Positions 44,840-58,943 of a stretch of DNA of 64,000 nt are shown here, one piece after another. Below the pieces are notes generated by a model. The model was not told the DNA's origin. It worked only from the letters and a program-made list of their open reading frames with translations, and ran no database searches. This DNA comes from Eledone cirrhosa (lineage: Eukaryota). The stretch is taken from NCBI GenBank assembly GCA_964016885.1, contig OZ024740.1:131502001-131566000 (forward strand). Direction: 5' to 3'. Each line of letters opens with the position of its first letter. Within the stretch, counting starts at the first letter, position 1. Made by a program: the position numbers and the translations under genes.

Positions 44840-47101
44840 TATGTTAGCCATATTAAGTTCTCCACGCTTTCTTTAGTGCCTTAGACAAATGCTTCCCTAG
44901 ATCACCAAAATACTATAACATATTCAATAGGAATAACATCAAGCGGTCCTACTCCACAACTAGTAACATAGCTCAGAATAAACCTAAAATGAATTATAGT
45001 AGACATAGGACAGCCCACGGAGGAATTAGACATGACAGTAATAATGGCAGCTCTATGGAGGAACGCACTCATACACGTGAGGCGAGTCGGGTTTCCCTAA
45101 CCCCAGGGAACTTACCTATAGAGCAGACAGGAATTGAGACCCAACATCAAAGGTACCGTGGTTCATCTGGAACTACCCAGGGCGATAACAAAAATGTAAC
45201 TGCAGGAGCACCGCCACCTGCCACATGGCTGGGAAATGCCTCACCAAAAACATCGTCTACAAAAACATCGACTGTAAGGTCTCCTCTCCTGATAGAAACT
45301 TCAGGTATGTTGGGGCAACTGCCACTGAATTTAAGGATAGATGGTATAATCACCTGATTACCTTTAATAGATTAGATAAAAAATAGCACGGCGTTTTCTG
45401 AATTAGTCTGGAAGCTTAACCATCAGAATATAGAGCACTCTTTATCCTTGTCCATAATTTGCTCAGCCCAACCTTAAAACGACAGCACTGGCGTTTGAAA
45501 TTTATGTGTAGCTGAAACCTTTAATATTATTAGAGGCGGTCCCTTATTAATTAATAGGAGAGCTGATGTTTTCAGCAATTGCCAACATAGAACCTCGAAA
45601 ACCTTCCGCAGGATTTTTGGAAAGTAACCTTCCACTAATTCCTCCCTCTCTACTTTATCCATAGAATTCTCTCAATAAACTGACAGTCACACACTCAGGT
45701 AGTTAGACGGCTAAGATTGTTTTCACAATTACAAACGGTACCTGACTTGTTCCACAGGGTTCTCACGGCTGAGTGCACTTTTAGAATACCTAGCTAGTAA
45801 ATAGTTAGAATTGATTACGCACTCAGTATACCTAGTTAGTAATTGATTACACACTCAGGCAAGACCGATTACGCGCATCTCCCTTTATGTGAAGATACCC
45901 TAACAATTGAGTTCTCTCGCTTGGGATTTAGCTAGTCGTATTGCAGACTCAGTTAGGATCGATTACGCTCTCTATAAATAACTCTACACACAGTACCCGT
46001 TTTCTTTAGACATTGAGTTCCCACAGCTGCGACTGGTCACGTTCCTACAGATTGAAAACTACACTAGGTTTTGATCCGTGATCATCTAACCATAGAGTGC
46101 TCATAGTTACGGATTGAACAATAATACTTACACACTATTAATGGGCCTACACACAACCTCTGGGTTTTGCTATCCTTTGTTATTTACTTTACCTTTTGTG
46201 TTGGATAACATACTTCCACCACTCAAACTCCTATCTTAAAAGCCCAAGGGCCCATTTGACCGGTAATCGCACTTACTGACACTTTAACCCAAATACACAA
46301 CCCTACACGGAGCCCCTTGCTGGCCTACATTGCGCTTGCTTGCACGCACGGTTTTGGTGACTCTTTCTCTTAATGGGACACCGGTACATACTGAGTTCGA
46401 TATGAGCTGATTACTTGCTCTTCACATGGATGTGTATATAACATAACATACACTTGAAGATAGGGATGTTACAATTCAATCTATACATGTATAACAGAAC
46501 ACTGAACTGAACTTACAGAACTGAGTTAACCCAATATTTCAAATTTGCATTGTCAATTTGAGATTTGACCAATGTAGCATTTGTTGTTTTGTAAACGAAT
46601 TTCGGTGAATGCTGTGTTGGTATATTCTTGTTTTTATATTTGTTTGTTGTACCCACTCACACTAATTGAGAACTTCTATAGGTTTGATGCTGTGTTGATA
46701 TGTGTATATATATATTTTTTTTTCTTTGACTTCGAGCCGGTGTCTATGGGTGTTGAGTGTGTGGGAACCCACTCACATTAACAGTAACCGACTGTATTTC
46801 TACAGATATGATTAATGTCCAGCGTCTTTACAGCTATGGAAATTTGATAGTTTTATGACCCTAAATGAAGCTGATAGCAGTCGTCGTATTTCTGACTACT
46901 GGATCTTCATATAAGGAAATAAACTCTATGAGTGGACATTGCTAATGTTCTCCCTCATATCAAGCATTTGAAGACAATTCATTTTCACCTGATGAGATCA
47001 GTGATAATTAATCATGGGTTTACGATGGGATCTATCTGTTATTGAAACATGTGGCGTGAGTAAAATGATTGGAGTTTTGCCTTGTCTCCAGATTTTCATT
47101 T

Positions 47102-47103
<2 letters not shown>
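44840..47103 (+). mobile_element. 5'-truncated PLE: linker + GIY-YIG (44860-45628), long 3' UTR, decayed hammerhead at 46984-47060
   Basis: ALDKCFPRSPKYYNIFNRNNIKRSYSTT; CNCRSTATCHMAGKCLTKNIVY; YVGATATEFKDRWYNH; TAFSELVWKL..NLCVAE..INRRADVFSNCQH; TTCAC-CTGATGA...GAAACATGTG-GC/GTGAG (triplet GGC, not NUH). Confidence 0.85.
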
Positions 47104-47161
<58 letters not shown>

Positions 47162-47169
47162 TTATTATA

Positions 47170-47295
47170 TTCCATGGAATATATTCCTTTGTTAAATTTC
47201 GAATATCTGGTGATGTCACCGGATTAATACTGAACCCTTCATTGAAATGTTCATAGTATAATAAACCTCTACAGAATTACACCAGTCCAGCCTTA
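47170..47295 (+). repeat. Short decayed copy of the 18010-20000 family end (hammerhead core CTGGTGA)
   Basis: Matches 19865-19980: TATTCCTTTGTTA..CACCGGATT..GAAATGTTCATAGTATAATA..TACACCAGTCCAGCCT. Confidence 0.75.
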
Positions 47296-47313
47296 TAATT
47301 ATATATATATATT

Positions 47314-47425
<112 letters not shown>

Positions 47426-47654
47426 TATATATACATACATATATATATATATGCATATATATACATACATATATATATATATGCATATATATACATACAT
47501 GCACACATATATATATATATATATGCACGTATCGGTTTACCGAACATTTATTATAATAGTCGGTTTGTTTGTTTGTAAACAAAGAAACACCCCGAATTAC
47601 GCCGTAATGTGCTTAGGCAACCACGTCACCTTTTTGTTCAACACTGACACAGGA

Positions 47655-47697
47655 ACGATGTACTAGTTTCAAGCTTATTAACTATCGTCAGCTTCGT
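47655..47697 (-). ncRNA. Very small type I hammerhead motif (module C, intact core)
   Basis: Minus strand ACGAAG-CTGACGA-tagttaataagctt-GAAAC-TA-GTA/CATCGT; stem III palindrome ACTAGT. Confidence 0.72.
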
Positions 47698-47854
47698 ATA
47701 CTTTCCTCCAGATTACAAACAAACAAACGAAGCATTATAATAAATGATCGGTAAACCGATACGTGCATATATATATGTGTGCATGTATGTATATATATAT
47801 ACATACTAATGTACGTCTGTATACATATATGTATGTACGTATACATACATACTT

Positions 47855-47934
<80 letters not shown>

Positions 47935-47943
<9 letters not shown>

Positions 47944-48160
47944 TAAAAAAATAATGAATAAAACAAAGAAACAGTTCCTTATATTATACAAAAAAAGTTC
48001 ATTATTTAACGATCGTTTCTAGGACAGATATGTGTTAGAATTGGCATGCATATTCAAAAGATCTATGTACAAAATTATACAAACTATCAACGAGAATATA
48101 CATACCATCACATATATATGGATTGGACACTTCCGTAAACTTTTGGTAGATTTATCTACA
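47935..48160 (-). repeat. Diverged short fragment of the 5881-13640 PLE end
   Basis: Similar to 6020-6195 (includes the GAAACGATCGTT half of the HHR) plus a 40-nt piece in opposite orientation matching 9740-9780. Confidence 0.75.
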
Positions 48161-48450
48161 TATATATATATATGATGGCTGCCAACTCGTTTCCGAGTAG
48201 GGCCACTACTTTATAACCATGTAGGAGAACCCCTACCGATGCGCTGAACGAGTGTGACTTTTTAGTCCACCCTGCGACATGAAAACATGGTACAAACACT
48301 ACACCTGTAACAATAATTGACACATAGTGCTGGGCCCATGGTACCATGTGACTGCATATACATATACATACATACACACATACATACATACATACATACA
48401 TACATACATACATACATACATACATACATACACACATACATACATATATA

Positions 48451-51400
48451 AAATGGCGACCGTTGTGGTCAGTGTCCGATAATCGGACGTGTGTAATTAC
48501 GGCTTACATGAAGGCAACATACCATATATTGGAAAAAGTTGAGCTACATTACGCGGTAAGATTACATACAATAATTCTACATAAGTGTTTGAACTGTAAG
48601 TGTGTTGTAAAACACCTATTTATATGAACGATACATACACTTATGATATATGAACGATACATACACTTTAACATATAAATGCAACGTTGTTATATTACAT
48701 TTATAAAGAAATATTACATTTATATAAAACACAGCTGTAGAATTAAAAACTAACTGAAAAGAAATATTACTCAATCTGTGAATAACTTTAAATTTGATTC
48801 TGACAGAACTTTGTCGTAACTTTTAAAGAAGATCATCGACTATTTTGAAAAATAAATACGAAATATTAGTGAATAGACGAACTCATCATGGCAAAAAGTA
48901 CGTCTCCTTCGACCAAATCGCAATTACAACCGTTGTATACAGTGGACCTACGAGCTTAACAAAGTATTATATGAAGCATACAAACAATCTGAACCCCAAA
49001 AGTTCGGTTTCATGCAAAGGCTAAACACTTTATGGAACTCCAAACACCCAGAATTAGACTTTTCTCCAAAGCATTTAAATGAACAGGCAAAACGTATCAT
49101 TAGATGTAAATTGATACATCTAACGGAATCGAGTGATACTACAAATACAGCCCTTGTAGACAACCACCCCACCTCCACTGACAGACAAAGGGAATGGCCA
49201 GCCAAATCTAACAGTGAACAGCTCACCAACAATTTTGCTGAAATTCATCCCACTTCCACTGAAGAACAGCGAGAAAGGTCAGCTGACTCTAGTAGTAATT
49301 GTCACCACATCAACAACGAGGCTGAAATTCATGACTCTACTGAACAAACAGAGCACCAAAAACTTGTGGGCTCCCTACAAGTGATATGGAATGATCTGTT
49401 TCAAGAGATACACAGCCTTAATGTGAGTGACAGACCATACAACACTAGAGTCAGTAAAGAACCCACTAAATTGGAATTGGAAGCGGTGAACGAAATAGCT
49501 GGCAATTATCTGAAGGCTATACGATCTAAAGGTGTAGAAACGACATTTGAAACGCTTAATGTTTTGTTATATGTTTCAGCTGTCACATTGCTAGCATATA
49601 ACACACATCTAAAACCACGCAATCAAGATACAAACAGAAAGCCTGAACCAGCGTGGATGCGAAATTTAAAAACCAAAATTTTGTCCCTGAGACGAAGTAT
49701 CTCACACATCGCAGTCGTTATGAAATGCAACATAGAGAGCAACTTCACACAACACCAGGAAGACCTAAAGAAAAAGTTAGAGAGAAGATTTGGAGATACA
49801 AAATTTAAAACTTTGAACTCCAAATTACACCAGTTGAAACAACAACTCACAGCTACAACAGAAAGACTAAAATATAAGTCAACAGCACATAAACGACAAG
49901 TGCTAAATAGATTGTTTGCCAGAGATCCTAAATCAGTTTATCGCAGCTTCGGTGGCAAAAGCTCAATCTCTGTAAATGACACCCCTTCAAAAGAACAGGT
50001 TGAGAGCTACTGGAGATCTGTATGGGAAACGGATGACGGATTCAACAGACAAGCTAATTGGCTAAAAGAACTGGAACAGGACTACTGCCAACATGTCCAG
50101 ACAAAACAATATGACATAGATGGGTCAATACTGGAAACAGCTCTACAGAAAATGTCGAATAGGAAATCGCCAGGCCCAGACCTCATTACAGGATACTGGT
50201 TGAAGAATTTCACTTTCTATCGGCAAGATATCATACGGCTGTTTACAGAAACCATTAAGGGCACACAAGAACTGCCCAGATGGTTATCAACTGCCTCTAC
50301 TCTCCTCATTCCCAAAAAATAGCCAAACCACCCTTGCTAAAAATTACCGCCCAATTGCCTGCCAAAACATCATGTATAAATTATATACTGGGTGCCTTAA
50401 CCTGTTCTTACAGGATCACTGTGCTACCAACAACATCATAACACCTGAGCAAGCTGGTGGAAAGAGGGAGGTGTGGGGTTGCATAGATCACCTACTAACT
50501 AACAAAATGATTCAGGAAAAAACAACAAAGAATCGCAGAAACATGACTGTCGTGTGGCTGGACTATCAAAAAGCATTTGATAGTGTACCTCATGGGTGGA
50601 TTGTTAAGGCTTTACAGTTAGCTAAAGTCCCACAACCATTGGTAGCTGCTGTTGAACGCCTGACCAAGAACTGGTACACCAGTTTGATCCTTAGAGGTGA
50701 GAAGGAGCAGGTTAAGACTGATAAGATACATTACCAGAAGGGCATCTTTCAGGGTGATAGCTTGTCAGTGCTACTCTTCGTTCTCTCACTGAATCCACTA
50801 TCTTACCTACTCAGGAAACAAGGTCGACAAAGAAGTGGGACCAGAAGTATCTCCCATCTTTTCTTTGTTGATGACCTGAAGTTGTATGGGCCAAATATCA
50901 ATGACATCAAGAAACAATTGGACCTCATTACACAATTTTCAACCGACATCAAAATGAAATTTGGTGAGTCCAAGTGTGCATATTTGGCAGTAAAACGTGG
51001 AAGAGCTGTGCCCTCCTCTAGAAATCTAGAGATGAACGGCCTGACAATACAACCTCTGCAGTCAGGTGACAACTACAGATATCTTGGACAGGATGAGAAT
51101 GTCAGATATGATGAACCCATAAATAAGGAGAGAACCAGAACTGAATACCTCAGAAGAGTAAAGAAAATATGGTCATCAGAACTGTCAGCATACAACAAAT
51201 ACCTTGCCCACAATACTTATGCTGTGCCAATTCTAACGCCAACATTTGGCCTACTGAACTGGTCATTGCAAGAACTAAGTGAGATGGATGTTAGAACTCG
51301 AAAACTTCTCAGTGTTACTGGGAACTTTAACATCAATGGTGATGTGGATAGGCTATACTTCTCACGCAAGGAAGGTGGCCGGGGTCTAAAATCAATATTA

Positions 51401-52475
51401 ACAACATATGAGACCCGGATAGTGACACTGAAGCAACACCTTCAACAGAGGAAAAAGGTTGGCAACCATCTTGCCCAGGTTTATGACCATGAAAAAAGAA
51501 ATATCATTAGAATAGCGACTGATCTGGAGGAGAGATATGGAATAAAGCCCGATATAAATCTCTCACCCAGAGAAATCGGAAGATCCTATTCAATGATCAA
51601 ACAAGAAAAAAAAATTGACCAATTTACAGAAAAAGTTGTGCATGGATACTTGAGGCGTAAAACACAGACCATAGAGGGGATAAACCACTCAAAAAGCCTG
51701 GCATGGAGTTCCGACAAGTTTATGACATCACACCTTGAGGGATATCTCTATGCAATACAGGAACAAGAACTCCCTACCAAATATCTGCTGCACAAAAGAG
51801 GAGGGCCAGCAGCTGACAATAAATGTAGGCTATGTAAAACAAAGATCGAGGATGTAAGCCACATTGTTGCCAGCTGCGAAAGAATGTCATCTCGCTACTA
51901 CCTCCCCATGAGACACGATGGGATAGCTAGAACCATCTGGAACGCACTTCGGAAAACAAAATTAACAACAAACGAGGAAGAATATATTGAGACAGATGGC
52001 ACTAAGGAATACTGGTGGAACCTGAAAATAAAAACTGCCACCAAATTAAAGCACAACCGGCCTGATATTGTAGTTTGGGATAACACATTGAAAACGTGTT
52101 CTGTTGTGGAGATCAGCTGCCCACTTGATGTAAACGTTGTCAGAAAAATACAGGAGAAGGAGGACATCTACGGACCAGTGATGAGGAGTTTACAAATCCA
52201 GTATCCAAGATACACCTTTAGCTTCATACCCATCATTATTGGTGCTACGGGTTATATACCAACCCGCTTGGACCAAAGTATGACTGAACTTGGATTTGCG
52301 GACAAAAAGCGCAGCTCCCTAATTCATAGTCTACAAATGGCTGCGATAGCTGGCACCTTCAAAATTTGCAAAACATTCTTGCGATTCAAGGGATGACAAT
52401 TTCTTTTCTTTTACAACCTTGCCACCAGGAAGGTGGCCGGTCAAAAAATATACTCAAAATTAAGAGAAAGAGAAA
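48451..52475 (+). mobile_element. R4/Dong-like non-LTR retrotransposon (RT + CCHC + restriction-like endonuclease), apparently full length
   Basis: Single long ORF; (CATA)n tracts on both sides; 3' UTR hairpin GCCACC-AGGAA-GGTGGC (52421-52437) and A-rich end. Confidence 0.9.
48888..52396 (+). CDS. R4/Dong-like polyprotein, interrupted by two apparent +1 A insertions
   Basis: QWTYELNKVLYEAY..GFMQRLNTLW; KSPGPDLITGYWLK; NYRPIAC; WLDYQKAFDSVPH; GIFQGDSLS; HLFFVDDLKLY; RLYFSRKEGGRGL; CRLC..HIVASC; RHD; RPDIV..VEIS (PD-D/E RLE). Confidence 0.9.
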
Positions 52476-52607
52476 ACATACACATACATATACATACATA
52501 TATACATACATACATACATACATATACATATACATACATACACATATACATACATACATATACATATACATACATACATATACATATATATATACATACA
52601 TATATAT

Positions 52608-53170
52608 ATGGTGGCTGCCAACTCGTTTTCGAGTACGGCCACTACATTACATCCATGCAGGAGGACCCCTACCGATGGGCTAAACAAGTGTGACTTTTTA
52701 GTCCAGCCAGCGACTTTAAAACTGGTACAAACACTACACTTGTGACAATTATTGACACATAGTGCTGGGACCATGGTACCATGTGACGACAAGTGCAGAG
52801 AGATCTCCAGACATAAAGCAATGCCTGTGCCGCGAAGCTTTTATAGTCAGTAAAGGCACTGCACAAAGCCAGTCCCACTCTCTTAACCAAAATGATATTT
52901 ACCAAAAAGAAGAACAAGTCAACATCATTGGATACCATCAGAGTTGCAGGTGTTATATCAGAGTTTTCCTTCTCCTCGAATTCTGCCTTGACAAAGGCTA
53001 AGGGGTCATGTCTCCCGGTGATTTTGGATGGCCATTGACTCTTAAGACCTCCTTTGCCCTTTGACAGGTTTTGTTTTTAGTCCCGCAGGATGTCCAAAGT
53101 CACCCTACTCACCAATAAACCTTGGTGGGGTTGCCAGTTTAGTCGCCAACTACCCAACCATGAGACAGGT
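52608..53170. repeat. Unclassified repeat; first ~180 bp duplicated at 48175-48353
   Basis: TGGCTGCCAACTCGTTT..CCATGGTACCATGTGAC occurs on both sides of the LINE in direct orientation. Confidence 0.75.
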
Positions 53171-53223
53171 TATGTATATATATATATATATATGTACATA
53201 ATATATATGTATATATATAATGG

Positions 53224-53900
<677 letters not shown>

Positions 53901-53942
53901 TACATGCACGTACAATTATTATTACTATTATCATTATTACTA

Positions 53943-53994
<52 letters not shown>

Positions 53995-53999
<5 letters not shown>

Positions 54000-55060
54000 C
54001 AAAGGAATAGTGCTAATGAACCAAATGGACCATAACGCACCAGAGTACTCAATATTTAGGGTAGTAGAGTGGGAAATAGGGAAATGTATGAACCCGACGG
54101 CAGAGCTCAAGCCGTTTCGACGGCTATTTCTGGACTAAATTAGAATGTTTAGCCTGGTGAATAAATAGCCGAACTTTTCAAGAGGGTACCTCCTTATATG
54201 GGAAGTTTGCAGTTGTCAAGAGGATTGGTTAACATTTTCTGTAAACACAAATAAGTCTATCATGGCATTTGGTGGGAGTAGGGGTGGTGAACTTGCCTGT
54301 AGAACAATAGGGGTGTGAGTGGACCGGCCAAGAGTAAAAATATCCTAGACCGAGTTATAGCAACAGTTAAGCAAAACGTTCTCAATAATTCTCAATAATT
54401 CTCATCTACTCATCTAGCAACTCATTCTATAGCAATGGCCGAAAAAGCAGCACCAGCTAAATATAACAGCTGTATTAGACTCCTTAGTTTTTTGTTTTAT
54501 TTCACTCCTCACTTTCAGATCTTACATTCTGATATATCTTTCTCTTATTTTTTATTATATTATTTGTTATCATATTTTTTCATTGTCCCGTAATCTCATT
54601 AGATTTACTAATTCTATAACGTCCCTCCTCTATTTTCTAAAGAAACCTTTTTTTCGTCAACCTCCTCTTGCCTACTTTCATACACATTCATTTGAATTTG
54701 CCGTGTAGATTTCACCTTCAACGCTTGACCGGCTCTACCCACTCCTCTATCGTTAAACAGGCAAGTTCAGCCACCCCTCACACGCACGCATTGCCATGAT
54801 ATACTTTTCTGTGTCTGCTACAAATTTTGACGAATCCTCTTGACAACTACAATCTTCCCATATAAGGAAGTACCCCATGAAAAGTTCGGTGTTTCTTTAC
54901 CAGTCTAAAAAAAAAATCTTTCCTTTGCCCAGAAATAGCAGTCCAAACGGCTTGAGCTCTGCCGTTGGGGTCATACTTTCTCCTATTATCCACTCTACTA
55001 CACTAAGTATTGAGTACTCTGGTGCGTTATGGTCCATCTTGTTCCTTACCACAATTCCTT

Positions 55061-55065
<5 letters not shown>
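53995..55065. mobile_element. PLE 3' end (15300 family) with inverted duplication
   Basis: 53995-54330 is the diverged reverse complement of 54725-55065; homologous to 15300-16000. Confidence 0.8.
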
Positions 55066-55114
<49 letters not shown>

Positions 55115-55559
55115 ATATAAGGATAATTCACAAAGAGACGACTAAGGAAAACAAGACGAACTAAAACATGGGCATGAGGGAAAAACATTTAAATAGGAAA
55201 CCGTATTTTAAATAAAATAAGGTCAATGGCAAAAGGGATAAATGAAAGATACATAATTCCAAGATGTTCAGCTGTTGAGGTGTACTTAGGCAGCTACCAG
55301 CCCTATAATCATTAGGCCCACCCATGGTCAAATCGTCTGGAAATCAAGACAAATCAGAAACCTACATCATTTAAGCCATAACAGATATATATGGGATTTC
55401 GTTAGATGTCAAAGAGAAGGTATTGTGCATGTTATTGCAATGATAATCTCGTGTGACTGAAAAATGTGGATGGAAATAGGAAAAGAGAACAAAAGAATCA
55501 GAATAAAAAGGTCGAGATGAAGAAAGTAAGAAATTGTGTTCAAAGGGTCATCCATTACA

Positions 55560-55740
55560 TAATAATTGTTTCTACGTTTGGCACAAGGCCAGCAATTACC
55601 CAGTACATTACAGGTACTTTATTTTATCGACCCCGTAAGGATGACAGGCAAATTAACCTCGACGGTATTTGAACTTAGAGCATAAATGGAAGTAACTATA
55701 TGCTTCAAAGCATGGCGTCTGACTCTACCGATACTGCCAA
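55560..55740 (-). mobile_element. tRNA-derived SINE
   Basis: Homologous to 5063-5250. Confidence 0.8.
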
Positions 55741-57299
55741 ACATTAGATAACTGACAAAGGAAAGACAAAGGAAAACAAGATGAACGAAAACAAAGCAGA
55801 AGGAAAAACTTGTTTTTTAAGGGGCACCTTTACATAGAAAATAAATAAAAATCAATGGTAAAAAAGCATAAATGAAAGATATAGAACTCCTAGTTCTTCA
55901 CTCATCCAGTTGGGTTAAGATCTTTCGACTCTTAACAACGATACTGCTGGTAACACCTAGGATCCCAGTGTTTGATAAACAAGCCACACAGCTATGTCAG
56001 GAGTAAAAGACAACACAAAGCTATATATTACAGCAAATAAGACAACAAATAGACACACATGCACTAACACATATAAACTCACACACATTTATATTCATCC
56101 TATGCTATATGTTCTATTCATTTAGTTTTCTCTCTCGTCTCTTCTCTGACCATCCATCTGTTCATACGAATTTTGTTAAATTCAACACTTTGCTATCATC
56201 ATCGTAACAGCTGGCTGTTTTACAGCAATATCCACGCTAGATATTTCTAAAATGTTACAAAATATTTACACACTAATCGCTCCAAATCATTTCACATCAT
56301 GTTGTTTTTATATAATAGGCCATTCCGCTTAATATTCTGGACAGAAATTTGTGCCGGTTAAAGGTAACTCTTTAGCTCTTTATATATTTCTCTTTCGCCA
56401 AATATTCTCCACTACTACTTCGCTGCCGCTATTGCATTTGCTGCTTCTGTCAGAATGTGTGACTGCCTCTTTTGCTGCCTGCCACAGCCTTGATCGAACG
56501 CGTTTCTACTGCTGTCTTGTTTTACTTTTCTTCTACAGAAATGTTTATTCTTGAGCGTTTGCTACCCTTAAATACATGATAATTTATCACCTTGCAAAAT
56601 TATGTGACTAAATGAAAGCTGATGAGATTCCCACGGTATAGTTCCTCATTTTAGATGTTTCAACATTAATTTCTTCACAGTTATCCCGTTCTTAATTCCA
56701 CATATCAATGTTTATGGTCTATCCATGTCAATTTCCACACACAAGCACACACACACACTCACACCCAAACGCACGAATACAGCAATGTTACGGTAAAAAC
56801 CTTAATTCCATTTTCTGGCAGAGCCAACCGTTATCTCTATATGTAAATGAGGCAAATTAGCATATGTATATAGGTGTCAAATCTATAAGTGTTCGTCTAT
56901 ATAGAGGATAGGGTTGGGAATCCTGTCTTGATAATGAACAGAATCCAAAACGACATCATCAAAGTTTTGACAAACTTTGCCTTTGCTGGAATCCGCTAGA
57001 AGGCGCTTCGTCATCAGTTTCGAAAATCATAGCTGATGTCTTTGGAAATGTATATTTATAAATATACCATATATACCTTGTTAGACAGCATATATATCAT
57101 CATATGATTATATGTTGCATTCCTTACGTTTTCTATTGATTTCATTTCTTGTCTTACCTCTCTTTGGTTCACAATAGGATTTGTTTAACCCTACTTCTTG
57201 TTGTGGTTATCGTTAGAGAGGCTCTTTTACAGCAATTCCCCGTTTGACATTCATACACACACACACCCACGCACACACATGTATATGTATATAGGTACG

Positions 57300-57436
<137 letters not shown>

Positions 57437-57480
57437 GACGTAAAATAAGAAAATTATAAAAATTAACTTACTAAAATTTC

Positions 57481-57562
57481 ACTCCAACTAATTAGTTTCT
57501 GAAAGGGAATAAACATGGTTTCCAAATGGAAAGCATTGAGAAGCCTTTCGTCATCAGGAACT
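57481..57562 (-). ncRNA. Type I hammerhead motif
   Basis: Minus strand AGTTC-CTGATGA-cgaaagg...cctttca-GAAACTAATTAG-TT/GGAGT. Confidence 0.75.
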
Positions 57563-58093
57563 CTGTTCTCAGCTAAGTTCCCAGGCGATGCGTGGACACA
57601 GGGAACATATACAAAAATAATTCAGTGGCTGGAAAAAAGCAAGCGTGGACTAAATTCCAAGACATTGAAAAAATCACTGCCTACTTGGCCGGTGGCAAAT
57701 TCAAATGAATCAATCACGTGACATCGAGATTTTTATAAAGAATTAGTATATCTACCAACATATATATACAGATGCATATCTACGCTAGCAAATATATAGG
57801 TTTTACTAATTCTTTATAATTATCTCCAAATTATTTTGTTGAGCAAAAATTTGCCAAAACTGCAATTATAGTTCATAGTAACGGCTCGGCTACTGTCTTT
57901 TTAACACCCCACTCCTCACTGATTAACCTCGATGTCACGTGATTGATTCTTTTGAGTTTGCCACCGACCAGGTAGGCAGTAATTTTTTCAATGTCTTTGA
58001 ATTTAGTCCATGCTTGCTTTTTTCCATCCACTGACTTATTTTTGTATAGGTTCCCTGTGTCCACGCATCGCCTGGGAACTTAGCTGAGAACAA

Positions 58094-58175
58094 AGTTCCT
58101 GATGACAAAAGGCTTCTCTATGCTTTCCATTTGGAAACCATGTTTATTCCCTTTCAGAAACTAATTAGTTGGAGT
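58094..58175 (+). ncRNA. Type I hammerhead motif
   Basis: AGTTC-CTGATGA(58099-58105)...GAAA(58157-58160)-CTAATTAG-TT/GGAGT; stem I has one mismatch. Confidence 0.72.
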
Positions 58176-58343
58176 GAAATTTTAGTAAGTAAGTTAATTT
58201 TTATAATTTTCTTATTTTACGTCTTTCATATAATTGTTCTGCATCCCCTTGCATTGAACCACAAAGTTATTAAGACAAAAGCTATATATTTGCTAGCACA
58301 GGTATGCATCTGTATATATATGTTGGTAGATATACTAATTATT

Positions 58344-58447
<104 letters not shown>

Positions 58448-58799
58448 CGTCTGTGTGTATGTGTGTATCACTCTTTTCCAGCAGGTCACGTGCCTTTAGA
58501 TTTTCGGTCAAATATGCCTGAAAACATATGTGAATATTTTATTTCTCATAATTATACAATCCGAGCATATGTGTAAATCTCCCATCCCAAAATGATACAT
58601 TATATATTATGAGAGACATATGTATGAATCAAACAGAGAACAGACAAGAGCGTATTGTCATTGGCGATAGACTTAGAATCATATCATCGTGTTTTGAATT
58701 CCGGAATTGTACTTAAAAAAAAACAAATTTCCCGTTTCTCCTCCTGCCACCTGCCGGCAATTGCACTGCCAAGTACAATACGCGTTATCTTCTCAACCG

Positions 58800-58842
<43 letters not shown>

Positions 58843-58879
58843 TCTCCCTCCCTCTCTCTCTCCCTCCCTCTCTCTCTCT

Positions 58880-58943
<64 letters not shown>

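Noticed and set aside
48451-48600. HDV-like ribozyme at the R4/Dong 5' end (small hairpins present)
   Set aside because: Could not build the nested double pseudoknot by eye; needs a descriptor search.
56955-57025. Minus-strand CTGATGA with a possible stem II
   Set aside because: No GAAA or NUH in register.
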